Notes under the pieces: model-generated
The model's input: only the letters and a program-made list of their open reading frames with translations
Told to the model about the DNA's origin: nothing
Database searches by the model: none
Translations under genes and position numbers: made by a program
NCBI GenBank assembly: GCA_964406295.1
Contig: CAYORB010000004.1
Location: 1-47,621 of the forward strand
Origin: an uncultured Candidatus Peribacteria bacterium
GTDB lineage: Bacteria; Patescibacteriota; Gracilibacteria; UBA1369; LOWO2-01-FULL-3
Reading direction: 5' to 3'
DNA length: 47,621 bases
In this document: positions 1 through 7,449 of the stretch, piece after piece
How the letters are laid out: each line of letters starts with the position of its first letter
Position numbering within the stretch: position 1 is the stretch's first letter

Positions 1-85
1 CTTTTGTTAGTAACCCACCTGATAGATTAAAAAGAAAAAATGATTATTTAAATAGATTACAACCAACAGAAACAATTACTGAATA

Positions 86-1084
86 ATGGGATTTTTATGT
101 AAAATAAAAGAAAATAAATACTTAGATAACCCTCTTGATAGAGATTTGGGGTTAAGTAATATGTGGAAAGCGTGGTTTGCTTGTCGCAAAGGTAAGCGTA
201 TGAGCGATGAAATGCACGAGTTTCAATACAACCTTGAAAGCCGCCTCCTTGAGTTGCATAAGGATTTGAATGAAGGAACTTACAAGCACGGCAAGTACAG
301 GCATTTCATGGTCTGTGACAATAAGAGGCGTGAGATTTCCGTTTCTCCAATACGAGACCGCATAGTCCATCGGCTGCTTTATGACTACCTCGTACCGATT
401 TGGGATAAGACCTTCATCTATGACGCTTGGTCGTGCAGAAAGGGCAAAGGACTGCTGGGAGCGATTGAGCGCACTCAACAATTTTTGAAGTCTTACCCAC
501 ATAGCTGCATTTGGCGAAGCGATGTACAGAAGTTTTTTGATAATGTGGACCAAAGAGTGCTTTTTGAGTTGCTTAAACGGCGTGTGAAAGACAGGAGGGC
601 AATGTTGCTCATTCGTGAAGTTCTCAAGAGCTATAGTACTCATGCGGAAGGTGTGGGCATTCCCATTGGCAACCTTACCAGTCAGGTTTTTTCTAACATT
701 TACTTGAATGAACTTGATCGCCTTGTGAAATACGAGCTGAAACCACAGGCATATTTGAGGTACGGTGATGATTTTGTTTTGTTTGAAGCGGATGAGAGAA
801 AGTTAAAAGATATGAAGGTGGTTGCAACTGAATTTTTGTTCAACAAGCTGAAATTGCCCCTGCACAACAAAAACAATCTCATCGTGAAAGCCAGCCACGG
901 ACTTAAATTTCTCGGCACAGAGCTTTGGTCTTCTGGTAGAAGGCTCTCGAAACGCAACAAAACCCGAATCGCCGCTCGCCTGAACCTTAGAAATACTCCC
1001 AGCTATCACGGAGTAATTTCCAAACATGGTGGTGAAAAAATGCAAAAATGGCTGAATTGGAGAATACATGATCTCATGGATTAA
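86..1084 (+). CDS. Reverse transcriptase, diversity-generating retroelement (DGR) type
   Basis: 332-aa ORF with an ATG start. RT motif 4 reads PIGNLTSQVFSNIYLNELD (IGNLTSQ = nt 665-685); SQ in place of the SP seen in group II intron and retron RTs is the DGR-RT hallmark. Catalytic YGDD is at nt 761-772. N-terminal KGKR and DRIVH motifs are present, and the size matches ~330-aa DGR RTs. Confidence 0.85.
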   Translation: MGFLCKIKENKYLDNPLDRDLGLSNMWKAWFACRKGKRMSDEMHEFQYNLESRLLELHKDLNEGTYKHGKYRHFMVCDNKRREISVSPIRDRIVHRLLYDYLVPIWDKTFIYDAWSCRKGKGLLGAIERTQQFLKSYPHSCIWRSDVQKFFDNVDQRVLFELLKRRVKDRRAMLLIREVLKSYSTHAEGVGIPIGNLTSQVFSNIYLNELDRLVKYELKPQAYLRYGDDFVLFEADERKLKDMKVVATEFLFNKLKLPLHNKNNLIVKASHGLKFLGTELWSSGRRLSKRNKTRIAARLNLRNTPSYHGVISKHGGEKMQKWLNWRIHDLMD

Positions 1085-1776
1085 GAAGCAAAAATCTCGT
1101 TCATGGCATTTTCAAGATTCTGCTCATCAACAAATTTGAAGAGTGTTTCCTTTGGTTCAGCAGGAAAAGCCTCATTGCTGGACCAGCTCCTTTGGATTTC
1201 CCTTTGATAGAGTTTGGTCAGTTCCCGTTTATATTCGGTGTCGGTATTGCCGAGCAGATGACCTCCTTTGGTTTCTACCAGAAAGATTTTATCAAAACTC
1301 TTTTGAGCATTTTCTTGAAGCGTCAGAATGAAGTCAGGGTAGAAGCGATTTTTACGCCACGCCACCAGAAAGAAGTCCTTCTTTGCTTTGTTTCTGTACC
1401 ACCAGTAAGTCTCCTTACCATCTTCCATTCGCCACACAGCTTTATCTTCCAACTCATTCAAATCTTCATTGATAACTGGCTCAAACAGGCTCTTTTTTAC
1501 ATTCAAACTGTGCCTTCTGGCTTCTTTTTCAAAGTAGTACTCAGGTGTCAGTACTCGCTTGAAACTGAATTTAGGTACAAAGCGAACCTCATCCCTTTTC
1601 ATTCGTTCAATAAAAACCTTGCGAGCCAACCGATCAACTTCGCCAACTTTGTTACCCGAACCGCTCAAAATCTTCCTCAACTCATCAAGCAAGATTAGAC
1701 CTCTTTGTAAAACATTCTTTGCAAACAGATCAAATTCTGTATGATGTTCTTGGATGAGAGTTCTAACGTCGTCCAC
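1081..1776 (-). CDS. PD-(D/E)xK nuclease-domain protein; possibly the C-terminal remnant of a type III Res-like helicase-nuclease
   Basis: The FYPDFILTL...IFLVETKGGHL pattern (D...E-x-K) resembles the C-terminal endonuclease domains of type III restriction Res subunits. There is no in-frame ATG at the 5' end; the ORF-track start is a GTG, and the frame stays open upstream to a TGA near nt 1856. No helicase part is present. The stop overlaps the RT stop by 4 nt (convergent). Confidence 0.55.
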   Translation of the reverse strand: MDDVRTLIQEHHTEFDLFAKNVLQRGLILLDELRKILSGSGNKVGEVDRLARKVFIERMKRDEVRFVPKFSFKRVLTPEYYFEKEARRHSLNVKKSLFEPVINEDLNELEDKAVWRMEDGKETYWWYRNKAKKDFFLVAWRKNRFYPDFILTLQENAQKSFDKIFLVETKGGHLLGNTDTEYKRELTKLYQREIQRSWSSNEAFPAEPKETLFKFVDEQNLENAMNEIFAS

Positions 1777-1783
1777 GACTCTC

Positions 1784-1826
1784 CGCCAAAAAAATGTTAA
1801 CTCGAAGAGTTGATGTTTTTTTGGCG
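1784..1826. other. 20-bp hairpin with a GAA loop, built as A7-stem-T7 (possible bidirectional terminator)
   Basis: cgccaaaaaaatgttaactc-gaa-gagttgatgtttttttggcg. Three stem positions pair only as G-U on the + strand RNA. A second GAA-loop hairpin, gaacc-gaa-ggttc, lies at 1836-1848. Confidence 0.4.
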
Positions 1827-1958
1827 TGGGGATGAGAACCGAAGGTTCGCGTATTCAAGTGAGTGAGACAATCAAAAAGTAGACATTCGAACGTTCAATA
1901 TCCACTACTGACAAAATCCCCAGGGATTTACTAATTCCGAACAAGCAACAAATACCAT

Positions 1959-2219
1959 CTAAAAAACTTTGTCATAAACATCTTTTCTATGCTTCACAAG
2001 CAGCAATATAATCTCTTGTTTTTCCAATTTAAAAACAATTCGATAATCCCCCATTCTAAACCTAAAAACATTTTTCCTTCCTGTTAACTTTTTAGCAAAG
2101 AAAAGTGGTTTTTTAAGATTCGAAAGAAAATGAAGTTTCTTTTTAACCTCCTGCTGCACTTTATTATCCAGTTTATGGAGACTTTTCACAAAACCTTCAG
2201 CAACAATAAATTTAAACAT
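1959..2219 (-). CDS. RelE/ParE-family type II toxin
   Basis: 86 aa. The FRFRMGDYRIVFKLEKQEIILLLVKHRKDVY core matches the RelE/ParE signature (R.R.GDYRIIY...HRKDVY). It lies 6 nt downstream of its antitoxin. Confidence 0.85.
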   Translation of the reverse strand: MFKFIVAEGFVKSLHKLDNKVQQEVKKKLHFLSNLKKPLFFAKKLTGRKNVFRFRMGDYRIVFKLEKQEIILLLVKHRKDVYDKVF

Positions 2220-2225
2220 AAAAAA

Positions 2226-2486
2226 TTAAAGTATTGAATTCAGAGATTTTCGTTTAGACTTTTTTTCATTCTTAATCACAGTATCCAATTCAGCCTCAAA
2301 AGCCTGATTCAAAGGTAAATGTTCTTCAATAAAATCTTCAAATTCCGCCTTGCTCATAAAAATCCCAACCTCTTTACCATTTTTCACAATCCTTACAATT
2401 GCAGCATCTAAAGCTTGAGACGGGTTTTTCTGCAACGCAGACATAGATACAATTTTCTCCTTCATAAGAACCGTGGCAGTAGACAT
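2226..2486 (-). CDS. Type II antitoxin, Phd/YefM-like
   Basis: 86 aa counted from the ATG at 2486 (MSTATVLMKEKIVSMSALQKNPSQALD...). It has an acidic C-terminal half and sits directly upstream of the RelE-like toxin. The longer ORF-track start adds an implausible hydrophobic leader. Confidence 0.7.
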   Translation of the reverse strand: MSTATVLMKEKIVSMSALQKNPSQALDAAIVRIVKNGKEVGIFMSKAEFEDFIEEHLPLNQAFEAELDTVIKNEKKSKRKSLNSIL

Positions 2487-2513
2487 AAATTCATAGTTAA
2501 ATACTACTATAAG

Positions 2514-2541
2514 TTTATAATAAAACCACACCGCATGTCAA
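2514..2541 (-). promoter_or_regulatory. Sigma70-like promoter for the antitoxin-toxin operon
   Basis: The minus strand reads TTGACA-16 nt-TATAAA, about 28 nt upstream of the antitoxin ATG. Confidence 0.5.
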
Positions 2542-2676
2542 GCTTCACACCTCAAATCTGCATCTTCTTCTTATTCCCAAATTTGCCCCCCCCTCAAAGA
2601 CATGTAATAAGACCTCAGACAAAGCGTTCCAGAAGCTCACGGTATTCAAACAAGAGAAGGATACGACATTGAAAAC

Positions 2677-2871
2677 ATGGCTCAATTAGTCCAACAAGCT
2701 TTAGCAAAAGCTGCAAATCTCACAATCATAGAGAACCCAAACCAAGGAGAACAAGAAGAAACACAGGCCTACATAGAACCTGGTGAACTTTCCCCAGAAA
2801 ATCAATATACAGACACTTCACACGAAAAAGGCAACAAAAGAACTGGCGCTAGACGTATGTTAATAGGGTAG
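2677..2871 (+). CDS. Hypothetical small acidic protein (weak call)
   Basis: 64-aa ORF with an ATG start, no recognisable motif and no clear RBS. Confidence 0.25.
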   Translation: MAQLVQQALAKAANLTIIENPNQGEQEETQAYIEPGELSPENQYTDTSHEKGNKRTGARRMLIG

Positions 2872-2902
2872 ACTGTAAACACCCACCCCATAAAAAAACA
2901 CA

Positions 2903-3184
2903 ATGGATTTCATCACAATAATAGGAACAACAGGTGCGACAACCCTTCTCATCGCATTCATCCTCAATCAACTACATAAATGGAAAGAAGATTATCTCGT
3001 TTATGACCTATTCAACACTATAGGAGGAAGCCTTTTGATCACCTATGCACTCATGCTAGAAAGCTGGCCCTTTGTGATACTCAATCTAGTTTGGGCTACG
3101 CTTTCTTTTCGAGACCTAATTTTAGACACAAAACGAAACAGCAAAAGAGATTCCAAAAACTTCACATCAAAATGGCTTAAATAG
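2903..3184 (+). CDS. Small membrane protein with three predicted TM helices
   Basis: 93 aa with three hydrophobic segments (IIGTTGATTLLIAFIL, FNTIGGSLLITYALML, WPFVILNLVWATLSF) and a basic tail. Confidence 0.6.
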   Translation: MDFITIIGTTGATTLLIAFILNQLHKWKEDYLVYDLFNTIGGSLLITYALMLESWPFVILNLVWATLSFRDLILDTKRNSKRDSKNFTSKWLK

Positions 3185-3266
3185 GGTCCATTTAAAAAAA
3201 TTTGGAAAATATGGTGAAAATTGTTGCCATTTGCTATTCTTCAGTGGCCCTTAAGTTATCAAAAAA

Positions 3267-3710
3267 ATGACCACTTTCGCAAAAAACAAAAAGGCGTATC
3301 ACGATTATCAAATCCTTGAAGACTTTGAAGCAGGAATTGTGCTCAATGGCGATGAGGTGAAATCAATTAAAAACGGTAGGTCAAATCTGAAAGGCTCTTT
3401 TGTAGACACTTTAAATGAAGAAGCTTTCATCAACGAGCCGCACATCAGTCGCTATGAAAATTCAGCACGACAAACCCACGACCCCACACGCAAACGAAAA
3501 TTATTACTTAGCAAAAAAGAAATTTTAAAAATAGACCAAGCGATCAACCAAGACGGAGTTACCGCAATCCCATTACAACTGTATTCAAAAAAAGGCTTAA
3601 TAAAACTAAAACTTGGTATATGTCGTGGTAAACAACTACATGACAAACGCCATGACCTCAAAAAACGTGCACAAGAAATGGATGTAAAACGACAGTTGAA
3701 AAACTTCTAA
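3267..3710 (+). CDS. smpB: SsrA-binding protein SmpB
   Basis: 147 aa. N-terminus NKKAYHDYQILEDFEAGIVLNGDEVKSIK, the RKRKLLL motif and a basic C-terminal tail are typical of SmpB. Confidence 0.93.
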   Translation: MTTFAKNKKAYHDYQILEDFEAGIVLNGDEVKSIKNGRSNLKGSFVDTLNEEAFINEPHISRYENSARQTHDPTRKRKLLLSKKEILKIDQAINQDGVTAIPLQLYSKKGLIKLKLGICRGKQLHDKRHDLKKRAQEMDVKRQLKNF

Positions 3711-3747
3711 AACCTTTTATAATTCAACGGCAAATTAATCCTACCCC

Positions 3748-4530
3748 ATGCACAACACTTACACTCAGATCATTGCCGGTATTCAAAAATATTTCAAAGA
3801 AGCTAAAATAGGAAAAGCCGTTGTAGGTGTAAGTGGAGGCGTAGATTCGGCTTTAAGCTTAAAGCTAACAGTTGACGCTTTAGGTGCTGAAAACGTAACT
3901 GGAATCATGATGCCAGAAAAAGGAGTTTCTTTAGAAGAAAACCACATGCACGCAAAAACACTTTGCAAGTTTCTTAAAATAGAAAGCTATTCAATTTCAA
4001 TCAACAAATACCTTACAGATTTTTTAGCATTACCTTGGAAACCAAGCAATTTGGCACAAATGAATATAAAAGCCAGAATCAGAATGATAGTTCTTTACAA
4101 CTACGCAAACACTAGAAACTCATTAGTAGTAGGAACTTCAAATAAAACAGAACTTATTCTTGGTTATGGAACAAAACACGGTGACATAGCCTGCGATATA
4201 AATGTAATAGGAGATTTATACAAAGATGAAATTTACGACCTTGCAGAACACGTTGGCCTTCCGAACGAGTTCATCGAAAAAGAACCTTCAGCGGAGCTCT
4301 ATCCGGGACAAACGGACGAAGAGGAGTTGGGACTTTCTTATAAAGAAATCAACACAATTCTTAGAAAAATAGAAGAGGGATTCGGTAAAGACCAACTAAT
4401 CAACAAAGGATTAAATCCAAACGCCGTCCACAAAGTTTTCCGACTAGTAGAACTAAACGCCCACAAAATAACTATGCCCTATTTGATTAAACTAAAGACT
4501 ACGAAACCATTTCAAAAGGAACAGGCTTAG
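3748..4530 (+). CDS. nadE: NH3-dependent NAD+ synthetase
   Basis: 260 aa. The PP-loop SGGVDSALS and the overall layout match NadE. Confidence 0.9.
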   Translation: MHNTYTQIIAGIQKYFKEAKIGKAVVGVSGGVDSALSLKLTVDALGAENVTGIMMPEKGVSLEENHMHAKTLCKFLKIESYSISINKYLTDFLALPWKPSNLAQMNIKARIRMIVLYNYANTRNSLVVGTSNKTELILGYGTKHGDIACDINVIGDLYKDEIYDLAEHVGLPNEFIEKEPSAELYPGQTDEEELGLSYKEINTILRKIEEGFGKDQLINKGLNPNAVHKVFRLVELNAHKITMPYLIKLKTTKPFQKEQA

Positions 4531-5107
4531 CCACATGCTTAAGATGCTTCGCTTCAACATCATACCCCCCAAGACCAGATTTTCTTTTCCTAGCTTCCAT
4601 ACACCTGGTAAAACAACGAAAATGAAAACTAACATTGGGTAGATATCGAAAAACCTTTACCGAAGACGAAGCGTTCAAGAAAATTTTAATATCACCGTAT
4701 CCTAAAAGGTTAGCCACAAAACCATCTCCCAAACGTTCGATATTCTGAATCTGTGCCATATCAATTGAATCAAAAACATTTTTGAAAAACAGTGTTTTTT
4801 CATAATCTATCACCCTAACATCCGTAATAATTCCAATGTTCATAAAATAATTAAACACTTTAATAAAAAACCTATGCATACAAACATTCAAAATCAAAAA
4901 ACAGGTTATAAACAATAGTTTCATCTCCCTATCCCCTCTTATCACCTCCTGAATCACACCAATCTTGCTAACAAGCAAAATCAACACAAAAAGAAAAACA
5001 ATAAAATAAGCAAATTCCTTCACCAGCATAATGGGGTGATGCCTAAAAAAACACACCAAATTCTCATCTGCGTGTTGTCCTTTAAAATACTTATCTTTAT
5101 TAGTCAT
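4499..5107 (-). CDS. Membrane protein with a C-terminal soluble domain (hypothetical)
   Basis: The ATG at 5107 forms an ATGA overlap with the upstream stop. It has two hydrophobic helices followed by a soluble region. Its 3' end overlaps the nadE 3' end by 32 nt (convergent). Confidence 0.6.
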   Translation of the reverse strand: MTNKDKYFKGQHADENLVCFFRHHPIMLVKEFAYFIVFLFVLILLVSKIGVIQEVIRGDREMKLLFITCFLILNVCMHRFFIKVFNYFMNIGIITDVRVIDYEKTLFFKNVFDSIDMAQIQNIERLGDGFVANLLGYGDIKIFLNASSSVKVFRYLPNVSFHFRCFTRCMEARKRKSGLGGYDVEAKHLKHVAKPVPFEMVS

Positions 5108-5418
5108 AACGTAATCAAAAACCAAGTTATAAAAACAATTTGCCCAAACACAACCAAAGAATAAAACCCTACAAAATGTTTCTTGGTAAACAAACCAAAC
5201 AACTTCGTATATTTCAATTCTGGTAAATTATATCTTTTACAATAAATCAACACCTTCGTAACCACCACAAAATACAACAACGCCGAAAGCGTTAAAATTA
5301 AAATTATTAAAAAGGTAAAAACTGCCATATTTCCCCTTGTTAAAGCCCATGCATTCCTCACTCTACGCCTACCCAAATTATTTGTCAACAAAGCAAATAA
5401 AACATATACTGGATCCAC
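5104..5418 (-). CDS. Small membrane protein (hypothetical); start uncertain
   Basis: Hydrophobic 104-aa ORF. The ORF-track start is a GTG; an alternative ATG is at 5328. Confidence 0.45.
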   Translation of the reverse strand: MDPVYVLFALLTNNLGRRRVRNAWALTRGNMAVFTFLIILILTLSALLYFVVVTKVLIYCKRYNLPELKYTKLFGLFTKKHFVGFYSLVVFGQIVFITWFLITL

Positions 5419-5434
5419 CTAGTACACTCATATT

Positions 5435-6001
5435 ATGAAATCTGCACTTTACATAGGTCGCTTCCAACCCTTTCACAATGGACATTTGTCTATAATCAAA
5501 CAAATTCTCAAAGAAAACGACAGGGTGATCATAGTAATTGGTAGTGCAGAAAAGAATTTTATCCAAAACAACCCCTTAACAGCCGGCGAACGATACACTT
5601 TAATAAACAAAGCCCTGCAAGAGGCAAAAGTTAAAGCAGAAAAATATTGTATAATTCCTATAAGGAATGTGAATAATTACGCCCTTTGGGTAAATCATAT
5701 CAATATTTATGTACCGTCATATGAAACTCTTTACACTGGTTCAAAAATTGTCAAAACTTGCTATGAGAACAAATACAATCCCCTGCACAACAAAAAAACT
5801 GGACCAAAAATTATACAACTAAACCGCAGCTTAATCCCTGTCTCTGCCACAAAAGTTCGTGATGCAATGTTACATGATAAAGACTGGCAATCACTCGTCC
5901 CATCAAGTGTAGCGGAAACTCTTGATAAATGGAAAATTCCCAACAGAATAAAAAATATTAATGAAACAATGGACCTAACAAAATACAATAACTCCTACTA
6001 A
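5435..6001 (+). CDS. Nicotinamide-nucleotide adenylyltransferase, archaeal (NadM) type
   Basis: 188 aa. GRFQPFHNGHL (the H-x-G-H nucleotidyltransferase motif), IGSAEK, NPLTAGER and SATKVR match archaeal-type NMNAT. Confidence 0.9.
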   Translation: MKSALYIGRFQPFHNGHLSIIKQILKENDRVIIVIGSAEKNFIQNNPLTAGERYTLINKALQEAKVKAEKYCIIPIRNVNNYALWVNHINIYVPSYETLYTGSKIVKTCYENKYNPLHNKKTGPKIIQLNRSLIPVSATKVRDAMLHDKDWQSLVPSSVAETLDKWKIPNRIKNINETMDLTKYNNSY

Positions 6002-6004
6002 AAT

Positions 6005-7411
6005 ATGTCTATCAACCCTCTTATTTTTCGTGCCTATGATATTCGCGGTATCGCCGATTCAAGCCTGTGCCCTAAAGGATCAAAGGCGGATTTAACAGAA
6101 GAAAGTGTCTATCTTATAGGAAAAGCTGCTGCAACACATCTTATACAAAAATACCAAGCAAAAACTATTGCTGTGGGAATGGACAATAGACTGACAGGAC
6201 CAACACTCAAAGCAGCATATATCAAAGGTCTTAGAGAAATAGGAATGGACGTAACAGACATAGGAATCGCAACTTCCCCTATGTTGTACTGGACTGTCTG
6301 CGCACTAAAGTTTGACGCAGGAACAAACATAACGGCTAGTCACAATCCAAAAGAATATAACGGATTAAAAATAGTAAGCCAAAACGCACACTCCGTATGC
6401 GGACCAGAACTGCAAGAATTGGTAGAAATCATAGAAACCGAGGCCTATGCAAAAACTGAAAAACAAGGATCCTTAGAAACGCTAGACGTTTGGGGTAAAT
6501 ACTTAAAAGATTTAAGCTCTCACGCTAACATTAACCGCAAACTCAAGGTTGTAGTAGACTGCGGCAACGGAACAGCCGGCAAATTTGCACCTGAACTTCT
6601 GCGACATATAGGCTGTGACGTAACAGAATTGTATTGTGAATTGGACGGAAATTTCCCAAATCATGAAGCAAATCCTGAAGAGATAGAAAACATGCGAGAT
6701 CTAATAGCAAAAGTAAAAGAAACAAATTCAGATTTAGGAATCGGCTTCGATGGTGACGGTGATCGTGTTGGTGTCGTAAATGAAAAAGGAGAACTTTATT
6801 CTTCAGATTTCATGCTACTTTTATTAGCTAGAGACTTGCTAACTCGCCAGCCAGGCGCACAAATCGTTTTTGACGTAAAAGTATCACAAGCTATTATAAA
6901 TAATATCAAATGTTTAGGTGGCATCCCCGTAATGAGCAAAACAGGTCACAGTTTCATAGAAAGCAAAATGAAAGAAATAGGAGCACCTCTCGCCGGAGAG
7001 GTCTCAGGTCATCTGTTCTTTGCAGAAAACTATTATGGTTTTGACGATGCATTTTTAGCTTCAATTAAAATTATAGAACTACTGTCACAAGAAACGCATC
7101 CTCTTTCACAAATGTTCAATGATTTGCCAAAAACATTTACCACTCCAGAAATAAAAATCCCCTGTCCTGATGAAAAAAAATTCGCAATAGTAGGAACATT
7201 GGTCGCACATTTCACAAAACTATATCCTTCCATAACAATAGATGGTGTGCGCACAAATTTCACAGAAAATTCTTGGGGAGCAGTAAGAGCTTCAAACACC
7301 AGTCCAAATTTAACTTTGAGATTTGAAGCAGACACCAAAGAACAACTAGAAAAAATTAAGGAAGAAATGTTTATCGAACTCCGCAAACACCCAGAAATCA
7401 CAGACATTTAA
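6005..7411 (+). CDS. Phosphomannomutase/phosphoglucomutase
   Basis: 468 aa. FRAYDIRG N-terminus, phosphoserine loop TASHNPKEYNGLK, Mg site GFDGDGDR and sugar loop GEVSGH. Confidence 0.9.
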   Translation: MSINPLIFRAYDIRGIADSSLCPKGSKADLTEESVYLIGKAAATHLIQKYQAKTIAVGMDNRLTGPTLKAAYIKGLREIGMDVTDIGIATSPMLYWTVCALKFDAGTNITASHNPKEYNGLKIVSQNAHSVCGPELQELVEIIETEAYAKTEKQGSLETLDVWGKYLKDLSSHANINRKLKVVVDCGNGTAGKFAPELLRHIGCDVTELYCELDGNFPNHEANPEEIENMRDLIAKVKETNSDLGIGFDGDGDRVGVVNEKGELYSSDFMLLLLARDLLTRQPGAQIVFDVKVSQAIINNIKCLGGIPVMSKTGHSFIESKMKEIGAPLAGEVSGHLFFAENYYGFDDAFLASIKIIELLSQETHPLSQMFNDLPKTFTTPEIKIPCPDEKKFAIVGTLVAHFTKLYPSITIDGVRTNFTENSWGAVRASNTSPNLTLRFEADTKEQLEKIKEEMFIELRKHPEITDI

Positions 7412-7449
7412 AAATTTAGTTAATTAATTTAATATCAAAGACCTTTACC

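Noticed and set aside
152-1069. Three minus-strand ORFs (163, 86 and 88 aa) inside the RT gene
   Set aside because: They are antisense to an ORF with unmistakable RT motifs and have no motifs of their own. They are shadow ORFs.
1777-1958. The non-coding stretch considered as a DGR template repeat or a tRNA (because of ggttcg)
   Set aside because: There is no A-rich or AAC-rich TR-like composition and no partner repeat in the window. There is no acceptor, anticodon or T-arm geometry. The region also lies beyond a convergent gene relative to the RT.
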